From Lama guanicoe (taxonomy: Eukaryota), in contig MU054187.1 in the NCBI GenBank assembly GCA_013239625.1, forward strand, positions 10,747,231 to 10,811,230: DNA of 64,000 bases, in the 5' to 3' direction. Below, one piece after another: positions 1 to 13,800 of the stretch. Every line of letters begins with the position of its first letter. Position 1 is the stretch's first letter. Below the pieces are notes generated by a model, which saw only the letters and a list, made by a program, of their open reading frames with translations, did no database searches and had not been told where the DNA came from. A program made the translations under genes and the position numbers.

Positions 1-200
1 GTATATTTATATTGAGATTATCACATGATTTTTCTCAGTTATTCTGTTAATGGGAAGAATTGCATTACCAGATTTTTTAAAATGTTAAACCAACTTTGCC
101 TTTCTGAGAGGAAGTGATTCTGATCAGAATGAATAATCTGTTTTGTTTTTTTTTACATAGCTGGATTTCGATGGCTAGTATGTTGTTTAGGATTTTTTCC
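1..200 (-). mobile_element. Old L1 ORF2 fragment
   Basis: attgagattatcacatgattttt...gttaaaccaactttgc resembles the antisense L1 RT region. Confidence 0.6.
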
Positions 201-2324
201 CCCCTCTGCTTCTGGAAGACTTAAACTCAGTTTCTTTCTTGTTATCTCTGAAATAGTAGAATGCATGTTTACTTTAAAATCTGAAGTTGAGCAATATCTT
301 TACCTTCTTCCTGAAAAATGCGAGAACTTTAGAGTGCTTTTCCTCTAGCCAACACTTTTATTATTTCAGTTCTATCATTTTTATTATTATTTTTTGCTTC
401 ATACCTACAGAAAAGATAGCTAACAAATGCCTCAAGTCTTTATACACATTTTAACATGTTCTTTAACATACCTCTCCCTAGACATCCATGAAACCAGTAT
501 TCCTATTCTGTTCTTTTCTGAGCCATGCTGTTATCCACCATCCATAAGTCAGTGATGCCCTAGGCAGTAGATCAATGAAGTGAACAAATAAATATTCTCA
601 AAACTTGAGAGCCCCTCTGGCCATCTTTCTAGCAGACTTCCGAGTGGACGTGTAATACTGCAACAGACCAATGTGATTTTATGCCGCTGTATCATGTAGG
701 GCCAGGTCGAAACCAGTCTCGAGGCTTTTTTTGTTTGTTTTTCCCTTCTTAGTCATGGGCCATAATGAACTCGCTGGAAGGACGGAGGTTCGGATTGAGG
801 GGGAGCAGGCAGTGTGGCAGGGGTGTGTACTGGGGGGGTCGGGGCCGCCTGCACACGTCACTCACCTGTGCCTTCTGGAGTGCTGCTCTGCGCAGCCCGT
901 CTTATCGTTTGGTGTGTCCGTGAACACCCAGTTCCTGATGAGGGGCTCAGGTCTCATGGCCCATTTATGCCCCCGAGTCAGGTGTTCTTCAGACATCCAG
1001 TGACAAACCAAGAGGTGTATCTCAGAAGGAAGACTTGTTATCTGGAGAAGCGGGTGAGACTTTAATAAAAAGCCCCCGGGGTCTGTGCTGAGATTCTACT
1101 GTGCAGGCTTGCCGGCCGCTCGAGCACATCTCACGTGGCACAGGCACTTCAAGTGTCGTTGGAGCTGCTGGAGCACGAGGACTGAGCGCTAGGGCCGTGT
1201 GCACTGCCGCCGGGCCTGTGGCACGGTCCTGTCTTGCCCTGGACCCTAGGCAGAAAGGGCAGCCTAGTGGGTTGCTCAGTATATCATGGTAGTTGTGATG
1301 CCTCCAGATCCAAAGAGGTCATGGCCCTTTGTGGTGGTAGGTGGTGTGGGTGCAGCAGCTTTGGAAAAGGTATCCTGCAGGATGGATGGGCCCTCGGAGA
1401 TGTCACAAATTTGGTGCACCCCTACATTTTCATGAGGTCAGACTCTCCGCTGGGGTAACTCAAGTCAGGTGTCACCTTAACCAGATCTGATGTTTTTTTT
1501 CTTCTGTTACATCGATTAGATTACATTTCTCTAGGGTAGTCGTCTGTTTCACTTCTCGGGGCACCACGGCTGACTGCCAGGCGATATGAAAGATGACTGC
1601 TGGACAAAACATTCTGCTCAGCCTTTTGTTCCTGGTGCCCACGGTGGCAAATGTGTCCGTCTTGCCTATGGAAGTGAAGTGCTGCTGCTCGGCCATTGCT
1701 GTCCTGGGAGCCGTCATCCCAGTCGGAAGCAGAGCTTGTTTCCTTGCCAACAACTCTCACTGTCACCCCTGGCCTTTGGAAGATGGCCGCCACAGAGCTT
1801 TTCGAGGATACTCTCTTGGTCCCCTCACTGATGTATTTCTTCATGCTTTAGTGAAGAGGATGTCCTCTGGGCCTGTCTAGGGTCGGGGTTAAGTGAATGT
1901 GTAGTTTGCACACGATAAGTTCACTCCACTATTGTCTTTCTAAGCCTTTGGATTCTTTGCTTTGTATCAGGGTGTCCTGTGGCATCTTAACTTCATTGAA
2001 TGCAGGACTCTGTTGAGGCCACATGCCAGTCAACCAACTCAGTAAGTTGTTAGAACATGAGAAATAACACTTTACATAAGGAACCTCTAGTTTCTCCCTC
2101 ATCTGATAATGGTCAGGTGTTGGTTCCCCAAGACACTGGCCTCTGCAAGTAGTTCATTACAATTAAACATAGGTGATAGTATTTGAAATTATGATGTGTC
2201 CACATGCCACATATCGTTCATATCATAATTCTCCTTGGAATTAGTTTAACATTGGGGTTCAAGGCCAAGCACATGACAAAGCTAATCATAAAGTTTCATC
2301 TCTGACAGTCTTGATTCTATACTG

Positions 2325-2680
2325 TATCAATCAGGAACCAGTCAGAAAATAGAAACCACATTTGGTATTTCAACAGAGATCATTAACTTTGGGAAATTGG
2401 TCGAGTAGGAGTTGGAGGACTCAAAAAGCAAACAGGGAAAAACTGGGAGAACGGAAATTTCATAACGTCTCTTAAAGCCTTGAGAACAAAGGGAAAAACT
2501 GTGTATGTCAGAATTTAGAATCTCAGCAGAGGGGGTCCTCGTGCTCAGAAAGAAACCTAGCTTAGATGGTGCTGGTGCCTCTGAGGAGTTGTAATGAGAC
2601 CGGATCACCAAGAGCTGCAGTGGTGGTGACTGAAGCAGACTGGTCCTTTTAACAAGTCCTGTGCAGATGTATGTATAGCT
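2325..2680 (-). mobile_element. Old ERVL-class LTR fragment (family uncertain)
   Basis: tgtatcaatcaggaaccagtcagaaaatagaaaccaca...ggaaattggt resembles a reverse ERVL LTR terminus. Confidence 0.45.
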
Positions 2681-2687
2681 TCATATT

Positions 2688-3159
2688 TGTGTTCGTGTTC
2701 TCCAGAGAACCAGAACACACATGCGTACATACATGCATACATAAAAAAGAGGAGATTTGTTATAGGAATTGACTCACAAGATTGTGGAAGCCAGGCAGTC
2801 CCATGATCCTCTGGAAGCTGGAGAACCAGGAAAATCAGTGGTTGTGATTCATTCCAAGTCCAAAGGCTTGAGAAGCAGAGCGACACTAGTGTTCAAAGTT
2901 GGGAGAGGACAGATGTCCCAGCTCCAGGGGGGAGAGCAAATTTGCCCCTTTTATGCCTTTTTTTTTTCTTGTTCAGGCCCTCGAGGGATGGAATGATGCC
3001 CAGCACATTGGCCAAGACAGTCTTCTTTACTCAGTCTCCTGATTGAAATACCAGTGTCCTATGGAGACACCCTCGCAGACCCACTCCGAAATAATGTATT
3101 ACCAGCTATCTGGGCATCCCTTAACCCAGTCAAGTTGACACCTAAAATTAGCCATCACA
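2688..3159 (-). mobile_element. MLT2-family ERVL LTR
   Basis: ttctccagagaa...ggaattgactcac...cccagtcaagttgacacctaaaattagccatcaca, the reverse complement of the MLT2 5' end. Confidence 0.85.
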
Positions 3160-5845
3160 ATATTCAATATGGTTTACTTCTCATCCACTGTTCTCAGGTT
3201 TAATGCTTTAGCCAAAAATTCTGAGACAGCTGAAACTGTCTCTTTCCACATCCTATTACCCTGGTTAATTTAATAATGGAAATTATTTCCTTTTCTTAAG
3301 TCACAGAATATTTTATTTATAGCAGCATGTGGCCAAAATTTACAATGTATTTTCCCTATATTCATCTTGAAGTAAATACATATTTTGGAGTTTATTATCC
3401 AATTAGTCATCTTGGTATACCAATGGTTAAAATATATCTAGCTACAAGGCATTGTTATTATTAGCAAAACCAAAATGATATAATTCTTTCTTAGTCAAAT
3501 GATGATTATACTGTAGAATTTTTTATGTGAAGCTGACATTAGAAATACAATTGTATCTCTTCTGGTGTTGTTTAGGTAAGTCTGTAGCAAATACAGGATG
3601 GGAGCTCTTAATCCGTGATATGCAGCTTTTCTTCTCATGAAATCCAATTAAAAAATAAAAGATTTCCCTGTTTCTGATGCTGGGACAGCAGCTGTGACTC
3701 TATTTTATTATTTATATTGGACAGGATTTGTTCTAATTCAAAAGTGACCGGATATGGATGCTGTTTGAGGGTCTAGCTACCTACCAAATACAGATGAAAA
3801 TATTTGAACTTCCTTGTAATTGTTCGTGTGAGCTTTGAGATTCCGAGAGTGAAGGCTCAAGGACACCAGAAAGCTCCTAAAACAGTGTCTTTCTCCCAGT
3901 GCTGCAAGGAGCCCGAATATGAAGCATATTAATTGTTATAAGTAGTCACCTTTATCATTCTCTTTTAAAACATAAATGATCTAGACTTGAAGAGTTTTAA
4001 ATAATTGCCCAAGATCACATCTAAGTGCTAAAATTAGAATTCTGCCTTAGGGGAAAAAATACTTAGACTTTGCATTGAAAATTGTTCAAAAACTGATTTT
4101 TCCTTTTACTAGCAGTGTGACATTAGGAAGTTACTTAACGCTCTTAACTCCCATTTGATGAACCATAAAGTAAGGCAAATATTTCCTACCTTAGCAGATT
4201 GTTGTGAAGATTAAAAAAGGTTGTATGTTTTGACCTAATGACTAAAATGACATTGAAACTGAACAGCAATTTTCTCTTCTCTCTTCTTATGGGAAAACGT
4301 TAAAGAATAAACATCATCAAGATTCTTTGAGTTTTTTTCTAACTCCACAGCGGAAATGGTTCCATGATGACTCATCTATATCCTCTAAATTGGACTTAAT
4401 TTTATACCCTATGGGGAGAGCTTTTCTTTATGTGAAAGAGGTGACATTGGAAGTTAGATTTTTGACATGAGCCTTACTTACATCATGGTCTAACTCAGTA
4501 GTTTCCAAGTGTTTTGATTGTGCAACCCTATCCATTAAAAATGTTCCTTTATGCATCTGAATATTTATGTGCATATACAAATTATAGGCATGTACAGATG
4601 TATTGGTGCACTTTATACATAATAAAACACATGTAAGCAAGGATATTTTCAAAAGCTAAAATAAAAATAAATCAAAGTAGAGGCCTAATATTCTCTTTCT
4701 GTTCCCTAACAGATGGTCATGTACACCCTATTAGAAAACCACTGCTCCAACCATTAGGTGGACGTAAAGACAGCCTTATTGCCATACAAACTCATTATAT
4801 AGGGTGTTCATGTGTTTCTTTCTGCTTTTCTTAGTATTCTGATGCCTTTCATGATTTAATCAAACCACAGAAGAGAAACGGGAAGACCCAAGATGAAGTG
4901 ATCTTTCAGTCATGAAAGATGATGCACGAAGCGTTTGTTACGGAGTCGGTCCCCGGGAATATTATTTTCTCTAGAAAAACAAAACTACTTAAAATACTTT
5001 CTTGTTTTGATCTACTGTAGCCTAGGAATTAGCATCTATTTGGTGCCAGCACTGGGCTAGGTGTTAATTGGTACCACAAGTATGACTGTACTTGAAGACA
5101 CTTCATATTTTAAATAATGCGTAGATGCATTTGGTCAGATTGCCAAGTAGTTAAGAGGATGGGCTGACATGAGGAACATCTAGTTAAAACAGAAACCTTG
5201 TGCATTTTGAAACTATACATTTCAAAAAGTGAAGGATTATCTTTGAAATGAAAAGGGAAAAGGAGGCATCAAACATTTATACAAATTCCCTGTATATTAT
5301 TAAATGTCGTTTTAAAGTTGTTCCTTAGGATTTTCCAAGAAAGAAGACTTGCTATGTGAACAAAATTATCACACTTACACACTTATATTATTTATATTAA
5401 TAAACCAAAAATATTTATATGAATCAATGAATTAAATTGACCATTGTACTAATTTGGAAACAATAGCCTGTAATTCATCATTGTTTAAAGAGGAACAAGA
5501 TGATGGACTGCTTTAGCTGTTCATGGATATTTGAGAATCAAAGACTACATCGTTCTGAAATTCCAGTGTTGCTTTAGCTGTCGGTCCAAAACCCAGTCCA
5601 TTACTGGTGGCAAGAAACAGCCTCTGTCCTGAACAAAACTCTAGGAAGGATCTGTTTCCTTCTCCACAGAGGGAGAAAGTCTAATATGGGTTTCACATTC
5701 CTACAGGCAAATTAGCCAAATATGGAGTTTATCTCCTACCCCACCCCCGCCCCCTATCATGGCAGCATTGAGTTAGATAAAATTTATAGGAATGTCATTC
5801 TAACCATTGTTGCAACTCTTGCTTTTCTTTCCGGCTTTGCTGCTG

Positions 5846-5846
<1 letters not shown>

Positions 5847-5877
<31 letters not shown>

Positions 5878-5892
5878 CTTTTTTTTTTTTTA
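5847..5892. repeat. Poly(T) tract T31-C-T14 preceded by (GCT)3
   Basis: Read directly from the sequence. Confidence 0.95.
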
Positions 5893-7949
5893 TCCTTCCA
5901 TTGCTTCCATGGCTTGGACCCTCCCTTCATTCCTCTTTGAGCGTCATCTGATTCCTTCCAGAAGTCACTGATTCCTGTGTAAACAAAGAAACACATACTG
6001 AAAATCCAAATAAAATGAAACCCAACCAGAGTAGGCTACTTACTAGAAAATAAGGAAAATCAAATTACTATCTCGATACAGGTGTGCCAGGGCATCTTGA
6101 CTCACCTGGGCACGTGCGTCTACACCTCCACCCTTTGTCTTGTTGAATGTTAATCCCTGGCACTATGGTTAGAGAAAATGTCTTCAGAGTCATTGTGATT
6201 TATAATATGTTCCAATATGCCTTTAAATTCATTTGATAAATTAAAAAAAAAAAGGTCATTACATTTTTCCCTGGCAGGAACAAGATGTACTTGAAAGAGA
6301 AATTGAATTCAGCTCAGAAAAAAACTTGTAGAAGATGAAAGAAGCTTGAAGAGAAATCTAGCATTTAATTATGTTTAATTGTCACTGTGGAAATTTCTGT
6401 TTACAGTATTGTCATTTAAAAAAAGATATTGTCAGAAGTGACATTTTGATTAAGATAATTTCCTGCTTCCAGCGTAGTCTGTTTTTCATCTTTATTTAGC
6501 TCTGTGGCTGTCAAGCCAGCAAAAACTGTTGATAGGGTTTTTTAGATTGGATAATTCAGGACCCAAATCTCTAGGCTCTAACTGAGGCTCATTGAATGCA
6601 TTGCTATTTCTTTGACATAAAAAAGCACTTTATGCCATACTAACTGAATTCACTTGTACAACTTGGTAGATAGATATTCCTAAGACATTGATGAGCTCAG
6701 CAAATATTTTGTATGAGCAGACAATTTGGAAAGAAACTCAGGATTGCAACTGAGGCTTGGAAGAATTCAGTTCAGGGCAATGAAGATTTACAACACTTGC
6801 ACTCGCTTCAGAAGATTTTAACTCCTTTTTAAGTGTCAAATTATGCCTTGAGGCTAAATTCCAACTGAGAGTCCACATAAATAATTAGGTAATAAAGTGT
6901 TAGCAAAAAGATAAAAGCTAGTTAGGTAGGTTGTCCTAGGGAAAAGGAGGCTTTGGGGCAGCAGAATTACAGTTTCTAGTTGAAACTGTCAGTAACTAAA
7001 GCATGAAGGATTTCAGGTGTTGAGTACAAGAGTAGGTTAGTGAAAGAACACTTCAGTATTTTTTTCTGAGTAATAAGAAGTGCAACAAAAAGCTTGGCTA
7101 CGTGGGCTAGTTTAATTGTCACATTACCCGAAGGAGGATGATTAGGCTGTAATTCTCTAAGGGAAAACAATACATTTCATGAATCTTGTTTTCCAAAGCC
7201 CTGATCCAAGTTTAAATCTTCCAAAGAGCCTTTGTGGGCTCACTACCCAGGCTTTAAGTAATCCACCAAGTCCCTGCATTTCACGTGCAGTTAGTAGTAT
7301 ATTTTCAGATTTACTCATGTTGCTTTTTGAATATTCTGCCATCATTGGAATATCTCCGCCATTTATGTCCTATGCTTAAAACACCAGAGCATTTAAAATA
7401 GGCTCATCAAATGGGTTACAGATTATGTGCCTTGAACCTGGTATGTGTGTGTTCCATTTTTTTTCTTTTAAAATTATTTAAATAACCACTGATTTACAAA
7501 TAGAAAGTGAAACCAAATCTAAATGAATATAAAATTCGTCCATAAGCCCATCATCAGAAATAACTTGTTAAAATTTTCATACACATTTTCCGGTCTTTTG
7601 TGCATATATATTTATTACTTAACAAAATTGATTCATACGATACAAACTGGAAACTTGAAAATTTCGACTAGAAACGTGTCTCATGTAAAAATTCCATTGG
7701 CTACTTAAATTTAATGGCATTGTGTATGAGAAGTATAAATTACATCGTAACATATTTAACCAACTTCCTATATTATTGGGTATCTTTTAAACAAATCTTT
7801 GAATTACAACCATTGCTGTGATGGATACATGTATAGATCCGATTGCTTCCTGGGGTAAATTCTTGTTAATAAGTTTGCTACGTAAGATGTGCTCAGTTTA
7901 AGGCATTTCACATAAATTGCCAAGTTGCTTTCCAGACAGATTTTCACAC

Positions 7950-8115
7950 ATTACAGTCTCAGCAGTGTTGTCAATTACTCTTTTTTTCCGTATTTTTGCC
8001 TCTATTTCCTCATCTATAAAACAGGGATAATGGTAATAACAACATTCTCTCCTGCTTTCTGGGCTTTTTGGGAAGACAGATTGCAAGGACATGTGAAAAT
8101 GGTTTATACAAAGAA
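7950..8115. mobile_element. MIR SINE (other MIRs at about 4.1, 13.4, 37.35, 52.05 and 54.55 kb)
   Basis: MIR core gcctctatttcctcatctataaaacagggataat. Confidence 0.75.
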
Positions 8116-9749
8116 TTAGAAACTTACAGTTCCAGAGCCCTGATGGGGTTTTCTTCAATAAACTGCAGTTCTCTGTTATTTTACTGTGGCTTCCTCAGCG
8201 TCTGTCTGTCTGCCTGTCTCTCTTAATTCTTATGTGCTAGATACTGAGCCAGTCACTTTACACTCAGTATAAATAAGATGAAGAGTCTAAAAAGGTGACA
8301 TTATGACCACTCATCAGGTCAGCTTGTGCAATTGCATCTCTTATTTATCCACTTAACCCTAAAGCCCCCACACTTGCCTTATTAGTTGAAAAGAACATAT
8401 CTCCCTCCCCAAGTTGCCAGCCTGCTCTGTGGAAGGTTCAGGAAAACCCAAACGGTTATATAATCCATGGGGGGAGGAAGGGTAAATCCATCTCTTCATC
8501 TGCTCTAAACACAAAGGGCTTGGTTTGTAGACCGTGTGCCTGACTCCCGAGAGAGGCCATTCTCTTTGCCTCTGTGTGACTTACCCTTCTGTGAGAGACC
8601 CGCACGTGGTTCCAAGGGGTGTTCCCTCCTGCCCTTCTAAAGGAAACTGTCTTCCCTATTTCCTTGTGGTCTCACTTCACATGATTTCTGAAATAGCTTA
8701 AAACTTTTCTTACTAAGGAAATTTATTGGTGTAATCTCTGGCAGGAAGCCCTGCCATTAGGGTACCTACTAAGCTAGACACCAGTTATCAGAGAATATAA
8801 TCTTAGGAAAAGCCATGGTAATCTGAGCCTTGACCTCAAAAGTTGAGAGGATGCTCTTGACAGCATGGGTGACCAAGCCCTGGAAAAAATGACTCGCTCC
8901 TCCAGAATGCATCCTGGCAGAGGAGGGCCGCAGAACATCAAGTCACCTTACGAAGGGGGGCTTGCTTGTGTCTCCTGGACCAGCAGTAATGGTGGGCATG
9001 ACCAGAAAGATTTTGTCGTGGAGTCAAGCTTTATGAGAAATTATTTTTATTCAAACACATTTTATTGATTTTTTTTTTCTGTAAGAACTCTTCATTGCTG
9101 GGACTGAAAATAGGCAAACTGTGTATTTTCGAGGATTTTCTTTACATGTGACACTGTAGATTCCTTAAGGGCACTGAAACAGCAGGAACTAAATGTACTG
9201 GCATCAGGCTAAAATTCTTGATACGTTAGTCTCACAGATGGAAGGTTTAGCTTTGGTGACTGAGAAATACCTAGGCTAGTTATTAAGGTCTTCTCTCCCC
9301 TACCTTTATGGGGCTTGGATGAGCAGGGCCAATATTTGCCTCTCCATCCTGCTGTTTACACTCCCATCATTGACTGTTACCCTTCCAACTGACAAATTTC
9401 TCTTTTTAGGTTTGTTGAGTGAATCCACATAGGTCAGGAACCCTTTTTTGAGTGACTTTTTGTATATATGTTTTCACCTCCTGTGTGCCATTATTATAGA
9501 TTTTTGCTTAGAGCTCCATCTGTTTACCTCATTTGTAAGTTTCCTAGAGGTGTCACATCTATAACTCTCAAGACATGAAACTCATGAGATATTTTATACT
9601 TTTATCAATGCTGTTGTTTTATCAGGCTGTTTTGCATGTGAAAAAATTTTTAGCTCTTTAGAGTTGATAGAACTTTCCCCAAATATACGGAGCATAGGTG
9701 GAGGAGATGACTTGAACCTGGGCTATGTCCGAGTCCAAAGCTCATACTT

Positions 9750-10610
9750 CAAAAAAATTTTTTTAAATTTTAAACTACTTTTAGCTTTATTGAGGTATAA
9801 TGGATGTATAACATTATGGAAGTTTAAGATGTCCAGAGTGTTGGTTTGATACACTTATATATTAAAAGTGACTATATATAAAATGGCTATTACCATAGTG
9901 TTAGCTAACACCTCTATCATGTCACATAATTACTATTTCTTATTTGTAGTGAGAACATTTAGAATCTATTCTCTCAGCAGTTTCAAGTATGTGATACAGT
10001 ATTGTTCACTATGATCACCATGTTGTGCAGTAGATCCCCCGAACTTACTTGTCTCATAACTGGGAGTTTATGCTCTTTGATCAATTCTCATCTCCCCCAC
10101 CCCCTTCCCCTTGTTACCACCATTCTACTCTCTGTTTCTATGAGTTTGGCTTAGATTCCACATTTAAGTATGATCAAAGTTTGTCTTTCTCTATGACTTG
10201 TTTCACTTACTATAATGCCTTCCATGTTCATTCATGTTGCTGCAAATGGCAGGATTTCGTTGTCTCAAGGCCGAATAATGTTCTACTGTGTGTGTGTGTG
10301 TGTGTGTCTACACCACATCTTTCTCTGTTCATCCACTGACACAACTGTGGTTGTTTCCATATTTTGGCTATTGTGAATAGTGCTGCAGTGAACGTGGGAG
10401 TGTTGAGATCTCGTCAAGATCCTGGGTTCATTTCTTTTAGATATGTGCCCAGAAGTGGGATTGCTGGATCATATGGTAGTTCTAGTTATCATTTTTTTGC
10501 GGAACCTCCATACTGTTTTCCCCAGTGGCTGCACCAATTTACCTTGCCACCATCAGGGTTCCCTTTTCTCCACATCCTCACCAGCACTTGTTATGTCTTG
10601 TCTTTCTGGT
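9750..10610 (-). mobile_element. L1 3' end (L1MA-like) containing a (TG)n tract
   Basis: ttggctattgtgaatagtgctgcagtgaac...agaagtgggattgctggatcatatggtagttct is a hallmark of antisense L1. Confidence 0.85.
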
Positions 10611-10659
10611 GATCAAACCTCATACTTTTACCTACTAGGCTACTTTGCCCTCTATATGC

Positions 10660-10845
10660 TTAGTCTCTCCACCTGTTCATGTCAGCAGCCACTAGCCACA
10701 TGGGGCAGGTTAAATTAAGTTAGAAATTCAGTCCTCATTCTCACCAGCCGCATTTTAAGAGCCCAACAATAACATGTGGCTGCTGCACTGAACACAACAG
10801 GTGTAGGTGCCATCATGGTAGAATACGTGATTGGACAGCATTGCC
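10660..10845. mobile_element. MER3-like hAT-Charlie DNA transposon
   Basis: agccactagccacatg...aaattcagtcctca...acatgtggct...attggacagca. Confidence 0.7.
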
Positions 10846-13800
10846 TTCGCTTTAGAGATATGCCTACTTAATCATTCTCCCCGGCTTCCAAATGTTTCAC
10901 ACAGTGACATATGGTTTTCTCTGGGCTCCTGTAACACCGTCCTCTCCTAGTTTTCCTCCTGTCGCTTCAGGCCATTTCTCCTCTGTCTCCTTTAGGAACT
11001 CCTCCATCTCTCCCTCCTCTTTAAGTGTTGACTGTTCTCAGGGCTCAGTCCTAGAGCCCATCCACGTCCGTGGATCCAAATTTCTATTTGCTGACGATTC
11101 TGAATTTTGTGCTTTGACATCGTGTCATGTCTTCTGACGTGTCGACTTTTACATCCTTGCCACTTGGATGTCTTTCCAGTTTCAGCTTCCTGGGGAAGAA
11201 GGGGCTCATTAGACAAGAGTGAGGAAGTGGAAGGATGACTCCGGTGATCAGAAGAAGAGGATTATCTTCCTCTTTGGACTAGACATTGAACTTGGTTGTC
11301 TGTGAGGCTGTTCAGTGCGACAGAGGTTGAGGACAGCGTCGGGCCAAGAATTAGGAAATGCGAGATGTAAGTGTCATCCCAGTCCAGTGCACACTCGAAA
11401 GTAAAATTACCTGAGATCGTTATCATGGCTGTGTTCATGTGTTTCTTACTTCCTGCTCTTTAGTAAAAATGTCATTGAAAATTCTGAACCTATTTCAACA
11501 GTACTGTATGGAATACAATAAGGAGAGAACCTTTTACCTAAATTTGGGTGAGAGTTAACAGTTGAAATGGCATCCTCCAGCCCTCCATCCTTTCCTCCCC
11601 TACTTCAGACCCATGTGATGGTGACTGTGATTATTCATGAGCTGCTCCAAAGGTCTGTGTCTTGCGTGTGTCATTCAGACCTTTCCCCATCATGAAATAT
11701 TCCTTCCAGTATTAATACTGCAGTTCATAGTTTTTATGTTACTAAAAATGCACACGCCTTTCAAGCTGCCTACTGAGAGGAAATATGTTTGTGTCTGGAA
11801 GGTTTCTTTTAAGGTTTCGGATCTAATATATGCATCTACACCTGGAGTATGAGGATGAAGAAAATGCCTCTAAGTTATCACATTCAAATTTATGCTTCGA
11901 GCTGTAGAGTGTGCAACAGAGCACCTTTCTGGGGAAAAAATTAGGGGAAAAAACCCTCCTCAACCCCCACCTCCCCTCCCCCCCAACCGGAGCCCATCCT
12001 GATCCTTTCTGTTTTCATATCTGTTCTATGGCCACTGATATCTCCATAAATATTTTGCAGCCGTGTGTCCAGGAGAATATTCTGGCAGTTAGCAGGTGTT
12101 AGAAGAAGACTGAATGAAAGAATCCAGGCTTGTATCATTAGGCAGTCTAAATGGAGCTGTGTAGCTTTTCCAGTACGGTGGGAGGAATATTTCTGTTTTA
12201 CTAAAAGCAACATACAAGACTTTGGGCTAGATGTGGGTGTATTTAAAGTAGTCTGCCATTCAGATGTGTTTCCTGTTTATGAGGAGATACTTAACCACAC
12301 TGCCCTTTCTCACCAGATATAATAGGAGGGGAAGTTTTACTCTTTTTTAATAACTTGAACTAAAGCTAAATACTTATAGACAGAATTTCAGCTTGTTCAA
12401 ATTCTATTTTCTGAACCTGTTCATTTAAAATTTTGTTTGCATCTCAAGTCAATACCAGTTTAGATTTCTCAGCCCCTTTCTTTGAAGTTTTAATAGGTTC
12501 CTTAACTATAGAGGGAAAAGATACCATCAGCAAAAGCAATGGATCACAAGAACATGTATTCATTGACTTTTGCCAGTTTAGCATTCTAAACATAAATATG
12601 TTGCTGTTTGCATCAATTGTAGGAGATCTGCTGAGTGGCCCCAGCATCATGTCTGGAATGAATGTGTGATGTATGACTTCTGTTCTGGCTCCATGATTTT
12701 GGTGCCAGTCTATCACTTCACTTGTTAAATGAAAGAAGACTCCAGGATTAATTGATTAATATTAAAAGTATAAGATTCATGGTTAAACATTGAATAATAA
12801 AAAAAAATTGAGTACTTAGAAAAACGATGCTCAGTAGAAGCCAGTAGGAGTTTACTGTTAAAGGTACGACTTGTGCTGTTGCTGATCACTATCAGATTCA
12901 TAGGCTGAAACAGATTCATAGGTTGTTTAGATACAGAAAAATACATTCACGAGAAAGTTGATCCAGTTGTTATGTGTAGACATAACTATTATTTCCATCC
13001 ATCCAAAGGTATTGTTTTCTCTCTCTCTGCATATAGTTTGAAAGATTGGAGATGTAGGTTCTAATAATATCTTGATGGAAAAAAGCTTATGGTGGGAGCA
13101 TATGGTGAGATTTTAGCAGATGACATGGAAAAAATGGAATAATTCAAATTTTATTTTGCTGATATATTTTCTATCAAAAATGATTATCTTTAAACACTAT
13201 AGAATAGGATGTTCTTCATTAACTGAAGAACAAGAAATGAGAAAAAATAATGCAGTATACTTCTAATTGGTTGGTACAGAGCACTCACATCCTTGTGAAT
13301 TTAAGCAACTTAGATTGAGGTCATAGAACCACAGTGTACCTTCTTTAGTTAATAAGCTGACATCTAACCACAATTACCAAGTGCCAGACACTATTCTAAG
13401 CATCTTATTTGATTCTCATGACAGTCCTACGTGGTAATTTTGTTAGCTCCGCTTTAGTGGTGAGGATATGGAAGGATATGGAAGCGTACAGAGGTTCACT
13501 TGCTTAAGGTCATACGTCAATCAAATAGAGGATCTAGGATTCAAGCTCAGGTATTCTGATACTAGTGTCCATGCTCTTCATCCACATGCCATGCTTGCCA
13601 AGCTGGAACACAGAAGTGGTAAAACATGGGAGAGCAGGAAAAGGACTTTTAATTTTCAAGATAGTAGACTAGGTGTATTCAACAGAGGACAAGATTAATT
13701 GATCTAATAGTAAACCATAGAATTTATGATTAAATGTTGTACAATGGAAAAAAGACCTGTGTGCATAGAGTGGGAAATACGCTCCAGTGAAACCACTGTG

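Noticed and set aside
5722..5940. Poly-Phe hydrophobic ORF
   Set aside because: Produced by the poly(T) tract.
4835..6360. + strand acceptor-led peptides (YSDAFHDLIKPQ... at 4835, SKKEDLLCEQ at about 5330, EQDVLEREIEFSSEKNL at about 6278) as remnants of another gene
   Set aside because: Early stops, no matching donors and no consistent frame. The similarity to coiled-coil proteins is too weak to support without a search.
8290..8750. Possible ancient LTR
   Set aside because: The composition is LTR-like, but I could not assign a family, termini or TSD.
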